A DNA stretch of 64,000 bases from the NCBI GenBank assembly GCA_002633005.1, contig NMRA01000040.1, forward strand, positions 742,395 through 806,394, given 5' to 3'. Both the position numbers and the translations under genes were made by a program. The stretch comes from Phoronis australis. Taxonomy: Eukaryota > Animalia > Phoronida. The notes below the pieces were generated by a model. It saw only the letters and a list, made by a program, of their open reading frames with translations. It was not told where the DNA came from and did not search any database. Of the stretch, positions 50,901 through 62,424 are shown in pieces. How positions within the stretch are numbered: the stretch's first letter is position 1; every line of letters starts with the position of its first letter.

Positions 50901-53900
50901 TTATTGAATCCGCCATGATTCGAATCTCTGAAACAACCAATCACCTTTTCAATAATCAACTTTTTATATTCTATGAAGAAGCTGTCAAAGTAACGCCAAA
51001 GTTGTCATACCTTAACATAGTGTCTGAGTATGTAGCGGATCTGTCCGTCATTAGCCAAGTTCTTCAACAGGCTGTGGAAGTCTGTGAATGTCTTCCTGCC
51101 CAGCTCGGCATACAGCAGTACAGTGACTGATGCTTGGGAGGAGCCAGGGTAGGTGTGGTCAAACTTGAAGGTGGGCGGGGCAGGCCTATCGGAATAAATC
51201 ATCAACAAGTTATCAACAACAAAAGCTCTGTATGCAGCAGCACAGCCACTGGTGCTTGGGAGGAGCCAGGGTAGGTGTGGTCAAACTTGAAGGTGGGCGG
51301 GGCAGGCCTGTGAGGGAATAAATCAACATTTAAAGCTCAGTGTACAGCAGCGCGACTGATGCCTGGAAGAATCAGAGTAGGCATGGTCAAACTTGATGGT
51401 GGGCGGGTAGGCCTGTTGGGAGAGTCAACAATCAATTCCCTAGATTAATGCCTATAAAACAAGCATTTCATGAAGCTACAACACTTAGCAGCTACTAAAA
51501 ATGTCTAACTAATCGTGTTTTATTTGAAAAACAACAGCATTATTTACCAACAAAATTATTGGCAAAAAGATGTGCTTTACTGAGAGAAAACAGAAACTGA
51601 ATTCTCTGACTTGTATCCCGCGAAAACTTCTATACAAATAAGGTCTCTTGACTACAAACATTTAGGCATTATACTCATGTTCACATTAAGTTTTAGTGAT
51701 AATCAGATTTAAAATTTGAACTTGGTTTCAAACGTTGAAAAATAGTATTTATAAACTATACTTAATAACTTCTGTCTGGAGTAAACCAATACTTAGTAAC
51801 AAAGCCGGTTACCATAAAGATGTCATGAACCTGCCTTGTGCCAAAATACTCAAAGTTTGATTCAGATCACTTACTGGTCTAAATCTGGCATTGTTTCATT
51901 GACAGAGGCTTGGTACTCAGCAGCTTAATGCTTGGCCTGGATGAATTTTTATTACAAATGCACTGAACACTTCTAATGGTCCTAGCAATGCTTAAGCAAC
52001 ACAAGAAACACTCAAAGGCAGACACGTCAAACCATACAGGAAGCAGCTTTTTACCCAATATTGTGCCACCGCAGGAAAACAGTGACCAAACAACGGCATA
52101 TAGCAGTAGTTCTTAACATCCACCCACCAACACCGACGCGGACAACAGAGCATACTTTATGCCACTGGCAACAGAGCGTACTGAATAAAACACCAATTAT
52201 GTCATTGTTCCTAGCGGTTTGAATAAACTGAGGATTCTCCGGGTGACTTCCAACGAAAAGAAGGAAATAAGCCTAACCATTCATTACATTTGGCTATTAA
52301 ATGAGACTTAAAAAAGAGTTGGATCGATGTGACACTCTTAACATATTGTAAATAAATTTACACACGTTACAGTTGAAGGGAGGCCATAAAGAATATCCTA
52401 ACATACCTTTCACTAGCAGATTTAATGAGCTGCTTCATCACTTGCAGATCACATGTCATCTGACCATGAACGTTGACAAAGGCCTCACAGAATCCAAACT
52501 GTTCCCCGTAGTCTCTGGCCATCTGGAATAAGAATTTGAATCTTACAGCAAAAATCTCATCGCCAAGGAGACTGTAGCTTTTTAGGTAACCGGAAGAAAT
52601 ATGGAAAATTTGCATTTAATTTAGTTGTAGAGCACAAATCCGATATTCTGTTAACTCCAACAGAGTTACACAGTGTGTAGCCGTCTTAATAGGAAATGTC
52701 TTGCTCACATAAATCCTTCGGTCCAGTTGGATCAGACTGATGGGGGTCCTATTGTATTCTCACTAAACTTGTTGTCGTGTTACAAAACAAATATCTAAAA
52801 CTTACTTTTTGTAAAAATAATTTAACGCCGAGACGCACTTTGATGCACTATAACTTCAGATTAAGAAGTAGTTGCACAATAAGGTAATAGTCACTTTCAG
52901 GGGTTTGGATTCTGAGAACCAGTTTGACGTCTGTTATCCATAGGAGAAAACCGTTGATTTTTTAAAATACGGGACTCCCATAAGTGACTTGTGACTATTA
53001 CTCAAAAATAACATTCAAGAGAAGCAAGAAAGCTCTAACATAACTTCCTCAGTGCTCTCTGTTGTACCACACTACCTGGTTGAACATGGCTACTTTTGGA
53101 GACATTGCCCGCAGAGCCAGGGCAAACTTCAACAGTTCCATCTGCATTTGACTGAGCTGACGCGCCGAAAATTTCTTGACTGTTTCATAAAATGCTTGAT
53201 CAGTAACTGAAAATAACACATCAATGAATCGATATATTTTTGAGCAGCTAGCTTATAAAAAAATCCGGGAAAATGCACTTTGGACTATTGTTGAAACAAA
53301 GCAGGAAAATCAGTGAACTGTTGACTAGGCTACTGTAAAGCATCGCTCATGTAAACAGAGTCATTACAACACCAGTGGAATAAACAGCTGACTGTTCTGT
53401 GACAGAAAACAAACATGCCAGGGAAGGACGACCACGCACTATTGATGGACAGTAAACACCCGAGAGGATTGGACATCACTTGTTAAGTGGCTTACCATAC
53501 CTGCCAAAAAATCTGCGAAGTCTTGGTTTTCATTTACAACAACAGCTTTCCTAGTTTTCAATTTACAAGCACGAATTTTGTCAAAATTTTCAGACATCTA
53601 AATAACATACCTACTTTAAAATTTAAAAATATACAATTCCACAAATCTGCCACAAAGTGCGCATCCATTGGAGGCTAATGAGAAATGTGCTAAAATTTCT
53701 TCAAATTCAAGAAGACAATTCCTGAAATAAAAAGTCTTTCATTTTTCAACAGCTCATGTTGCTTAAGATGTTCACAGCTTCACCATGGACTGCTTGACAA
53801 AACTGCACAACAGAAACTTTCCTCTTAAAGATCAAGTTTGGTATTTGCAGAAAAGGGTAAATTTTCACAATTCTATCACAACGAATTCCAAATTATTATT

Positions 53901-56749
53901 ATTATCATTTAATTATCATTTGCTACATTACTTACAACTGTCAATTTCATTTTCGGCGAGTTGGGAAAAGTCATCTACAAAGCTCCAGAATTTCTCCTCA
54001 CTCTCCTTGGCAATGAACTCACTGGAAAATTAAAAGTTTTAAGTCAATGGTAACATGTTGTAAGCATGATTAACTCAAGTCTGTTTTTTTGAAAAATCGA
54101 GTCTGCGGTGTGGCACTGTTTAGTCGATCACTTTTTCAAAAAAGCAAATCTACTTGAGACGAGCAACAATCTGGTAAAAAATATGATGGGGAAAGAGTTA
54201 ATTAGCACTGAAAAATGTCAGTGACTTCTAAGTAAAGGTGACATCAAAAAAGTATTGTTTCCTCTTTTAAAATGGAAAATGCTGTGTTATTTTGTTCAAT
54301 AATATTTTGTAACACGACTGAATGGTTAAAAGATGCAAGAATTGGATGAGGTGTCCATTTCAAATAGTACAAAGTGTCAATTAAAAACACACCTGGGGCA
54401 TATGCTCGGAAAATTTTCCTGTACACAGTTGTGCATATTCTTGGATGGACTTACTTGCAAAACCATCATTACAATCATTGTTACCATTGATATTTATCTT
54501 TAATAATTCAAACATTTGACTTTCATCTTTGATTTGTATGGCCAATTTTGTCTGTATTAATTAGAACACGACATTCTCAAGGAAAAATAGTTCATACATT
54601 TGTGTACGAACTGTTACAGAAACCACCATCAACACAGAAAAGGGTTTCCGTAGTATCAAATGTCATACCTGGCTTCCAGTAGAATTGGCGTTGATTTCCA
54701 TTTGGCATCCAGTGTAACAGAAACGTGCTTCTGTTTTACTCCATTGGCCAGGTGAACGCAATGGATAATGAGCAGTACAAGCCACATCTGAAAGGGAGTT
54801 AAATAATGTTACAGAAGTATTCTCCCCACATATAGTCAAACATGGTGAATGCTTTGTACCGTGCTTACACATCCATGTTTGAAAAACTCTGAGCCATGTT
54901 TGAAAAGGCGAATTATTGAAATTGTGTTCCAAAGTAATACATCTTTATTATTCAACAGTAAAAATCATAGTGGCATAACCAGCAAGTAAAAATAATGCAT
55001 AGCTTTACTCGTTTTCATGAATTAACAGAAAGGAAGATATATGCGAGATGACACGCAATTTACTACGTTGTAATGTTTGATACATTTTTGTCCAAGGAGA
55101 ACCCTATAATGATCATATAGAGCTTATTCCTTCTGAAAGAATTCTCAGAAAAGTTTACAGTTCCAGCGTTCAAATTCCGAGTGTATTTTTGTAACAATAG
55201 TGCAATTCTATTTTGATGGGCACAAAGTTCACAGCACACGCCAGTCCACCAAGTCTGGGTTGCATAAAACTTCAAAATTATCTGCTGAATAAGTTTGATT
55301 GTCGCGTGACATCAGGTGCACTGTTCAACAATACAACATGGCGCGTGATAATGCGACTTCGTTGCTGCTATGCAGCATATAACTTTTACGGAACTGGGCC
55401 ATTGGGCACAAACTGGCGACACAAAACTGCTGGAAATCACAACATAAAATGCAACTGGTATTACAAAATTCAAGCATGCATTCGAAAATCCATGCCCATA
55501 CTGAGGGGAGTTTGTGAATTAAGTCTTTTGAATAGCTGCATTGGACTGGTTCTAATAGCCCAAAATGTCCTAATTTGCTTTAAAAAAGTGACTAATCTCC
55601 CAATACTTCAAACTCATTGCATTGGTTTTCAAACTTGATGCAACAAGCCAAACTTATCACTGATCACTGCTAAATTCACTAACTCGATGTAGTGACGAAT
55701 CAAAACAGGTTGTGGGGAACGCTGTGAACATCCTCTCGAAAGCTCGCCAGTTTCACACTAATCGAATGAAAGTTAGAAAAATAAGCTTTCGTCCTCACCA
55801 GGTGATTGTTATAGTGAGTATATAGTCATATTTTGAAATCATGCCTTTCTTCCTTTTCTGTATGAATGCCAGTCTATACATTTTTCTTGCAAAGACCATA
55901 ACTGCATGATTCCACACAACATTGATGAGCAAACACCAAACGTACTAACGTATAAAGCCAGCACATTATTGAAACATTAAATTACATAAAAGATTTTTGT
56001 TTATTTTAATAAACCAAGTCCAGGAATTAAAGTTGGTATGGCTCCACCAAGATTGAATAAAAATTGCCAGATGTCTGCAAGAGGATGGCCTATATTTTAA
56101 GGGCATTTGGACAGAGTGAGATGATCAGCAACATCAATGGCGTAAGTATTGTCAACCACTTCCTCTGTTAGGTTATACCATTATTATTTTTATTATCATT
56201 AGAGTCTGCAGTTTGAACGTGGTTTTGGACTAGTTGCAAGTAGTTTCTTAGTGTTGTAACACAACAGCCAAGTTCTTAGAAATGACTGATCCGAGTGTAT
56301 TGCCACTGACACTGTAGCGGCGTAGGGGCCAAACCCAAACTGACAAAACAAAAGGAAAACTGTTTAGTATTATAAGAGCGCAAGACTGTCCAAAATAATG
56401 AAAAGGGCCTATAATAATATACTTTTGGCACGACGGGATTGGGAATTACAAGAATGAGAATAATAATAATGATCGAAGAAAAGGGGCAAGAGGACAAGTG
56501 GTTAGCGGTGCTGTGATGCAAAGACAAGTAAAGGCGACAGCCATTCGCGTGGCTGTTTCTGATTCGTCGACAACATGTAAACGCATTTAAGAAAATCGTC
56601 ACAAAATATAATAAATTTTCAGCTATGAAATAATGTCAATTCAGAAAATAATAGAAAAGTGTCCCATAAACGTAACCAAGTGTCATGTTTTATCAGCTTT
56701 TAGGACTAAAATTGAAATCAGTTTATTTTACCTTGACGGGCGCAGCCAT
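23972..56749 (-). CDS. UGGT1: UDP-glucose:glycoprotein glucosyltransferase (ER folding sensor, GT24), 40 exons
   Basis: Exons 5' to 3': 56732-56749, 54669-54787, 53936-54021, 53076-53206, 52407-52522, 51011-51185, 50261-50357, 49578-49653, 48896-48996, 48415-48514, 47715-47775, 47186-47341, 46601-46624 (partial, cut by N), 45699-45818, 44515-44600, 43456-43591, 42806-42928, 41857-42021 (duplicate 40986-41150), 40024-40150, 39614-39706, 38700-38794, 37465-37680, 36828-36962, 36174-36304, 35126-35224, 34422-34604, 33693-33882, 33099-33150, 32620-32726, 32257-32342, 31345-31429, 30299-30477, 29598-29682, 28886-29068, 27708-27811, 27285-27341, 26538-26652, 25764-25880, 24765-24921, 23972-24018. 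Phases are consistent throughout. Motifs: signal peptide, [76 protein letters not shown] and the ER-retrieval end KEEL*. It is probably the pro-orthologue of vertebrate UGGT1 and UGGT2. Confidence 0.96.
24134..24537. other. Assembly gap in the last UGGT intron
   Basis: Run of N. Confidence 1.
24538..24682. repeat. GA-rich polypurine low-complexity tract
   Basis: Almost only G and A, with many GGG runs; it abuts the gap. Confidence 0.85.
26451..26520. repeat. 13-bp minisatellite (acactgcacta[t/a]c) of about 5.5 units
   Basis: Read directly from the sequence; it lies just downstream of a UGGT donor site. Confidence 0.85.
29937..30183. mobile_element. MITE family C with CAGGG termini (hAT-like) and a 6-bp TSD
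   Basis: TIR CAGGGCTTGGAAT...ATTCCAAGCCCTG, with TSD GATATG on both sides and subterminal GAGGAAA repeats. Confidence 0.85.
31474..31648 (+). mobile_element. Single 5'-truncated Penelope-like 3' end (same family as 19191-19528)
   Basis: Reads [14 protein letters not shown] and aligns with 19351-19528, including a degenerate hammerhead region (about 31567-31600) and the ctctaagtaagtga tail. Confidence 0.75.
32750..32920. repeat. 27-bp minisatellite (aaatacaacaagtcttcaactacacat) of about 6 units
   Basis: Read directly from the sequence. It explains the repetitive [12 protein letters not shown]. Confidence 0.9.
33967..34111. mobile_element. Tc1/mariner-type MITE (related fragments near 11820-12005 and 40248-40450)
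   Basis: TA-CAGTACAAGCCAAAAGTA...GTGTACTG-TA. The motif aaaagtattcag.caaaatgacctg recurs at about 11833 and 40259. Confidence 0.65.
37644..37840. repeat. 81-bp tandem duplication spanning the UGGT exon-22 acceptor
   Basis: 37644-37724 is identical to 37725-37805, with a diverged third partial copy to about 37840. Confidence 0.95.
39123..39349. mobile_element. MITE family C, second copy
   Basis: CAGGACTTGGAAT...AATCCATGCCCCG with TSD TTAAAC (39117-39122 / 39350-39355). It aligns with 29937-30183. Confidence 0.8.
40816..42522. repeat. About 850-bp tandem duplication containing UGGT exon 18, joined at a single N
   Basis: 40816-41685 versus 41687-42522. The exon copies differ by one synonymous CTC/CTG change and the introns by small indels. 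Confidence 0.95.
46626..46974. mobile_element. Helentron-associated (HINE/DINE-1-like) non-autonomous element
   Basis: Internal repeats ccaaatttcatgaa (46675, 46819), a (GGAC)n microsatellite at 46864-46924, and a terminal hairpin ATGCGTCCACAT-N6-ATGTGGGCGCAT followed by AAAAA. Confidence 0.7.
50683..50784. repeat. 31-bp perfect tandem repeat, 3.3 units
   Basis: cactgagctggctcgttttgtgtagtctaaa repeated without spacers. Confidence 0.95.
51112..51430 (-). repeat. Triplicated acceptor and 5' half of UGGT exon 6
   Basis: The ag|G CCT GCC CCG CCC ACC TTC AAG TTT GAC CAC block starts at 51185 (in frame), at 51307 (near-identical) and at 51412 (diverged). Confidence 0.9.
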
Positions 56750-57098
56750 GTTTGATTTTCGTGACTAGCGCCGCCTTGTGATGGTCATTGAAACGTCTCT
56801 CCGATGACGGCTTACACTCCCCTGCTTACAGGCCCAATCTCAAAACCCAACCAAAGATTTTATAGATACAGGGGTATAGTATCTTTGACCCAACTCTGCG
56901 TAGTGGTGGTTATGACCTATCGCCAGGATTATGACGGACGGCTTAATTGACCAATCAGAACGCAGCATTCTTGTCACACCTTCGTCTGCGTTTCCAAGCG
57001 GCCATTTTACCCGACAAACCACACGCAGTCGAGTAAAACTTACTTTAGTCTGTAGCTCAAGAAATTGTCCGCTAAGAATGGGGAAACGGTGTTGATAN

Positions 57099-57490
57099 CA
57101 CCACTGAAATTGTCTGGCATCTAACTGTTGTTCCATGTTCAGTGATGCTGAACATCGTGCAATTGGTTTCAAACGGTTACCTGATGGGTTGATCTAGCTC
57201 AATTCTGGTATTTGGGCGTGTCTGGCGGGGGTAACCCACCACTAGATTTGTCTGGCAGTGTTCATTCGTGATACCTGGGCTTACGGTGAATATTTTGCGA
57301 CTGGTTTCAAGCGGTTACCTCTTGGATTGATCTAGCTCAATTTTTGTACCCTGTATATGTTCGTCTGGCGGGTACTCCCCACCACTGAAATTGTCTGGCA
57401 GTGACCAATTTTGATACAATGGATGACGTAGCAGGTATTGAAGGCAGTTTTAAGTGGTTACCAGAAAAGTTGATCCAGCTCAATTTTTTA
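57099..57490. repeat. Imperfect tandem repeat, three units of about 140 bp
   Basis: ccactgaaattgtctggca...ggttacc...ttgatctagctcaatt recurs three times, starting at the single N at 57098. Confidence 0.8.
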
Positions 57491-58684
57491 GTGCAATTCT
57501 CTTTTTTCCCCTGACCACACCCACCAGAGCGAACCTGCCAGACGGCCATTTCCAAGCATCAGGATACCCATAGAGCACTGTGGCACCAAAGAAAATTGGT
57601 TACCTTTTCATGCCCAAAAAAGCTCTGGGATCCCGGTCTAGTAGCCCCGAGGCCGAGGGGTTCTTCGGATTTTCTCTGGCTCCTCGAGCACTTATTTTTT
57701 CATCGTCACCTTTACAAATTCCCATATCACGAATGTACGATTCACTGTTGAAAATCATCGCCTCTTGTCTCTGTCGACGCGTTTTCAAATAGTGCAAAAA
57801 CACTCATCGATTCTACCAGGAACGTCGTTTAGCGACAGTGTATTTGCCTCTGATCTCGTTCGAATGTCGGGTATCACGTGACTTTTCGCATAGGGGCACA
57901 TCTAGCAGAATTAATGAGGAGCATAATATGGCAATATTATAGAACAGTTTTAGGTTGTAAAAGATAATTTCTTGTCCCATTTTCAAACTTCAAAAACCGG
58001 CGGCGTAGTACACTACGAGGGAAGAATCCCAGTTTGACAAGGGAGTCTGAGGTGTCTGCTACCTGGAACTTGGGATAGGGCATTGAAGAGTATCCCGCGC
58101 AAACTGTGCTGTCGATCACATGGTGAGTCACATGACACCTCCGTGGTCTGCCGAAGTCCCAGACCGTTGCTCATATTCTGAAGTCAGTGAACTCTGCGGT
58201 AAGGTAGGCCTATTCATTAGTGACGGTCATAATCATGTTTACTGACTTTTTCTCGGCACGAAGTATTCAAAAGTGCTAGCTAAAAACTACGCCTATAAAC
58301 AACTCACAGTTAGGCTACTAGATGTAAGAGCCTCTAATAGTCGGGTAGGTACATGCAGTGCATTTTGACACTTGACCATATCAAGTTTGATTCGTTTTCT
58401 TCAGCGGTATGGTTTGCTATGTCTTTTCTTTACAAAAAGTGCTATGGTTAGAGCAAAAAAAAATGGTTGACAGGTGTGAATCGGATCACGTTCTGTGCCT
58501 TCGCGTGTAATGTTTGACTACATTGCATGTATAATATACTAAAGCCGTGGAATTGATCACAAATATGTAATGAAGAATTAAAAAATGATACCGCGCTATT
58601 GACCTTTTGTCTTATGTTCTAAATGTTTTTTCGTTACGGTATGCTTTCAAAGGGGTCAGAGAAGGACCCGCGGGTCCTGCTGAT

Positions 58685-59830
58685 AGGGGTATCAACTTGT
58701 TGCCATTGTCTAACGAATATAAGTTATATAAGTGTTGAACAATAGACTGGTTGAGTAGGCCTACGAGGAAGAAAACAGGCTCCTTATCGATGAGCAAAAT
58801 GGCTTTCGTGAGTTGATCACGTCTTTGTTTTGACCTCGGTAATTCGTAACCGCTTGAATAGCAAACAATCCCCATTTGCGACTTTTATTGATATGCAAAA
58901 AGGGTTTTTGGGTGGGTAGATAGAAATAGCTTACTTTTAAAATGAAGATATTTGGGAAGTTTCATGAATCGGTTAAAAATGTCTACGACGAAACTCAATC
59001 CTGTGTTAAATGTAATAATACCTTTACCGACTGGTTTTATACAATTTGTGGTTTCAAACAAGCAGACGTTTTATCTCCTACTCTTTTCGCACAATTTATC
59101 AATAATTTGGCAAGGGAATTAAAAGAGTCATATTTAGGATTACCTATTGGTGCTGATAATTAATGTTTCAGCTTACTTTCACGCCGAGAGCGAAGGAAAT
59201 TTAGAGTTTTTATTGAATATAGTTGACAAATGGTGCTCTAAAATGGAGGCTAATTGTTAATCAGGAGAAAACTAATACTATTCACTTCAAATGCAAGCAT
59301 GTCTCTCGTAGTCGATCGTTTCGGTTGGGTCGACTAGACCTAGACAATATGTACCAAAATGTAAATATTTAGGAGTAATTTTAAATGAACATTTGACGTT
59401 TTCTGAAACTGCTAAAACTCTGTCCGAATCTTCCGGAAGAGCTTTAGACGCGTTAATTAATAAATTTAAAAAGAATGAAAATATGAGGTACAGAACATTC
59501 ACTACGTTATTCAGTGTTGTGGCTGTTAGCGATTGTTGTGTAAGTGTCTTCGGTGGCTGTTCACAAATTCGCTTCTAATCATGCTGTTACGGGTGACATA
59601 GGGTGGGAATATCCAAGTGTTAATGGGAAAATTCAGCTTTTGAGAATGTGGAATCGTGTTGTCGAGGAATATAGAGTAAGATAACATCAAATATTTTGGT
59701 CAGTGGGACTACAACCTGTACTAATAATTGGTCGTCTTAAGTTTCGAACATTTTTGAAGAATTACGGATTTCGTATGGTTTTCATAATTCAGTTAACCTC
59801 TCTCACTGTGAAAATATTTTGCATGATTTG
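58685..59830 (+). mobile_element. Decayed non-LTR retrotransposon reverse transcriptase (RTE-X/L2-like)
   Basis: Frameshifted RT motifs in order: LNNRL, DEQNGFR, FIDMQK, FTDWF..GFKQADVLSPTLFAQFINNL, WRLIVNQEKT, KYLGV, GDIGW. Confidence 0.8.
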
Positions 59831-60113
59831 GATTGTAATAGGTAGCTGTTTACATGCCGTTCGAAACCAAAGTCAGGCACTGTTTTGTGTTAAAGCCCCA
59901 ACTCCCAAAACCCTTTGTAGTAGGTCTTTTTATCATTCGCGATGGAGGCACGCCTTCCGGGTAAGGCGAATGCGGGTTTGTTTGATTTTTCTACTAATCA
60001 AACTTATAACCTACACCATTGAACTTTGAATTCTAGCGAGAGATAGCTTTGGTCTAGTGAACATCGAATTAGGCCTTGTGCTCTCACAAAATCGGTCTCA
60101 TGGCATTCTTTAC

Positions 60114-60367
60114 CATGCGCGCACCCGGGGGTACTCAGGATGGCTCGAACGAGCCCCCTCCATTTGGCAAAGTGGTCAGAGGGTCCCCCTCAAAGAAACA
60201 AAAATCCCGAAAAAGTAGAAAACGAGACAAAAATCCACTAAAAATACAGGAATTACCAAAATTCGGTACATGCACAGTTCATAGCTCTGAATGTACCCTG
60301 CTTTTTAGTAAAAGTCCACATTTCGAAAAGTTCGAACCTACCATATATTAGGCTGGGTGAGCGCATG
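60114..60367. mobile_element. MITE family A, second copy
   Basis: CATGCGCGCACCCGG...CTGGGTGAGCGCATG, flanked by tttac/cttac. The interior aligns with 2217-2463. Confidence 0.85.
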
Positions 60368-60719
60368 CTTACCGAGAAGGGGTTCTATTTCCGTTACCAA
60401 CAAATACGTTAAAACCTTCAGCGACTCCAGAAAATGCTTCAGAGTTTATTAGGGTTGGCCAGCCCGATAAAGTAGCGAATGCACGTCGCATCTACGCATT
60501 GTCTGTGACGGAAATGAATCTTAACACCGCGATACAATTCTATTTCCGCAACGATAAAGAATATTATGAGACCAAACTTGCGAGAGTAAAAGACCACATT
60601 CAGTTTTCGTATCTCAGCCAGCTAAACAGGGCGAAATGCAGTTTTAAAATTTAACAACTTCAAATGAGACAGCACACCCCCAGAAATCGTTTTGGTAATA
60701 CATCCTGGTTCTCATTCAT

Positions 60720-60872
60720 TCCCGTGCATGTATTCACTACCAAGACCGAGCTTAGAGGAGTAGGAGACAAGTTTGTGCAATGCTCGATTGTCTGCCAGTA
60801 AAGCTAGGATTTGAACCCGTGTCTCCCAAACGGGAGTCTACAGTTCAAACCACTGAGCCACACTGTCTCCTC
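60720..60872 (-). mobile_element. tRNA-derived SINE head
   Basis: On the minus strand GGAGACAGTG-TGGCTCAGTGG (A box)...GGTTCAAATCC (B box). No complete acceptor stem was found. Confidence 0.65.
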
Positions 60873-60993
60873 TATTCTATTGGTAAAGCTGGATTCTGTG
60901 TGGTTACTAAAAGCACAATGCTTGACCGATTTGATTGTTTTTGTTTATTTATAGTATCGGATATGCCATCTGGATCCAAAACTCCTTAACAGT

Positions 60994-61662
60994 ATGGGAA
61001 CAAGAAAATTGAGAGAGGAACAAGAGGAAATTATCGACAGGGGCATTGTGTGTCCCATCTGTGATGAAATTTTTACAAGTCCACGTTCTCTAAACTGTGG
61101 TCACAACTTCTGCTTAGACTGTTTAGATGCAGACGTAAAGGTCAGGTCACGTGATGGCAGCTACCCTTGTCCTATTTATCGCCGACCTGTTCATGTTCCT
61201 CGTGGAGGCGTTAAAGAGTTCTACAGCAATGTCCTTATCAAAAATTTAGCGGATTCGCTGAAACAGTATGAAAGTAAAGATATCTGCAGTATTTGCAAAC
61301 AATATCTCGTCTCCTATGTATGTTTAACTTGTGAAAACAGAACCATGTGCATTACTTGCAAGCAAGAACACCTAGTAAAATTTTGTGGACACAGAACTGT
61401 TACACTTGAAGATGCAACCAACTGGAACACGTCTTCCGAAGCTTTGATACGCCACCGCGCGCAAATCAGTGCATGGGGCAATCAGTTGTCAGAAGAGAAC
61501 TTTCTAACTCTAGAGAGACATTGTTCTCAAACAACTACAGAAACAACCATCAGCACTTCGTCGTCACGGGCGAGTTCTCGGCTGTCCTATACCTGCACTT
61601 ATTCTTTGGATGGAAGTGGTGGTCTTTTAAGAAATCAGCTTCATATATCCCTGCTCTGTTAG
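60994..61662 (+). CDS. RING / B-box (TRIM-like) E3 ligase ORF, possibly pseudogenised
   Basis: C3HC4 RING CPIC..CGHNFCLDC..CPIY (last Cys is Tyr), the N..IKNL motif and a B-box-like CSIC..CLTC..CITC...H....H. A hydrophobic tail continues in the -1 frame (to 61775). An acceptor-like ttatttatag lies at about 60953. Confidence 0.65.
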   Translation: MGTRKLREEQEEIIDRGIVCPICDEIFTSPRSLNCGHNFCLDCLDADVKVRSRDGSYPCPIYRRPVHVPRGGVKEFYSNVLIKNLADSLKQYESKDICSICKQYLVSYVCLTCENRTMCITCKQEHLVKFCGHRTVTLEDATNWNTSSEALIRHRAQISAWGNQLSEENFLTLERHCSQTTTETTISTSSSRASSRLSYTCTYSLDGSGGLLRNQLHISLLC

Positions 61663-62273
61663 TCATTATTTCACTAATATTTTTCTTCTTAGACTACGTT
61701 TTAGTACACAGCGTACTTTTTTGGACACCCAGAGTTTGGCGTCTTTCTAGTAGGAAAGCGGCCCGTGGATTCTAGTTGGTCTCAATGGAGAAGACCGAGG
61801 GCCTACCGTTTTAGGTACCCTATTTACGGCGACAGGAAGCGAGTACACGAGTCTCGCTACCTTAGGTCTGGTCGTGACTTATGGCGTGAGTTCGACGACT
61901 GGATATAGTAGACGCTCGGACCTACGCGCTAGGACCTAGCTAAAACCTAGTCCAGGTACAGGGCACTAAAACGATGGTTTTCATTGGCTGTTAGCTGGAA
62001 ATTTTTAACCAGGAAGTTGACGTGCGCATGCTAATATCCGGTAATAAGTTATGACGTCGCTAGGTGTCGCGAGAGTAAGAAGTTATTTTTGGGTTGCGTT
62101 TGCGGTCGAAGTCTCTGGTGAAGTAGCTGTTTATATTGTTATATTATCAACAAACTGAGCTGAAATTAATGTAATTATCGATTCCTTATTATGTAAATAA
62201 ACCTGAATTGACATTGGCATTTTTCAGTTTCATTATTTGAAAGCTTTTTATGAATTGTTCAAGTCTCTTACAG

Positions 62274-62424
62274 CAGGGGCGAATCCAGGATTTTGAGTTG
62301 GGGGAGGGGGGCAGGGGCAGAGTATTTTGCTCGTCAGATATTCGCACCCCCAAACTTCCAAACGGAATCTGGGAGAACTTAAGGCTGAGCCATGGCCCCC
62401 TTGGCCCCCCTAAATCTATCACTG
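62274..62424. mobile_element. Short MITE with a CAGGGGCGAATCCAG terminus
   Basis: Degenerate TIRs CAGGGGCGAATCCAG...TAAATCTATCACTG, G-rich and C-rich subtermini, and flanks tacag/tacat. Confidence 0.55.

Noticed and set aside
56750-57000. ER-stress elements (ERSE CCAAT-N9-CCACG, UPRE TGACGTGG) upstream of UGGT
   Set aside because: CCAAT boxes are present (about 56834 and 56951), but I saw no correctly spaced CCACG and no UPRE.
60720-60872. A-box/B-box sequences here and at 5144 and 11460 as tRNA genes
   Set aside because: I could not build a cloverleaf or acceptor stem, and they continue into SINE-like bodies.
60994-61662. TRIM-like ORF as the TRIM3 orthologue extending the human TRIM3-ARFIP2-TIMM10B block
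   Set aside because: It has no filamin or NHL repeats, it is separated by UGGT, and invertebrate RING/B-box genes are numerous.
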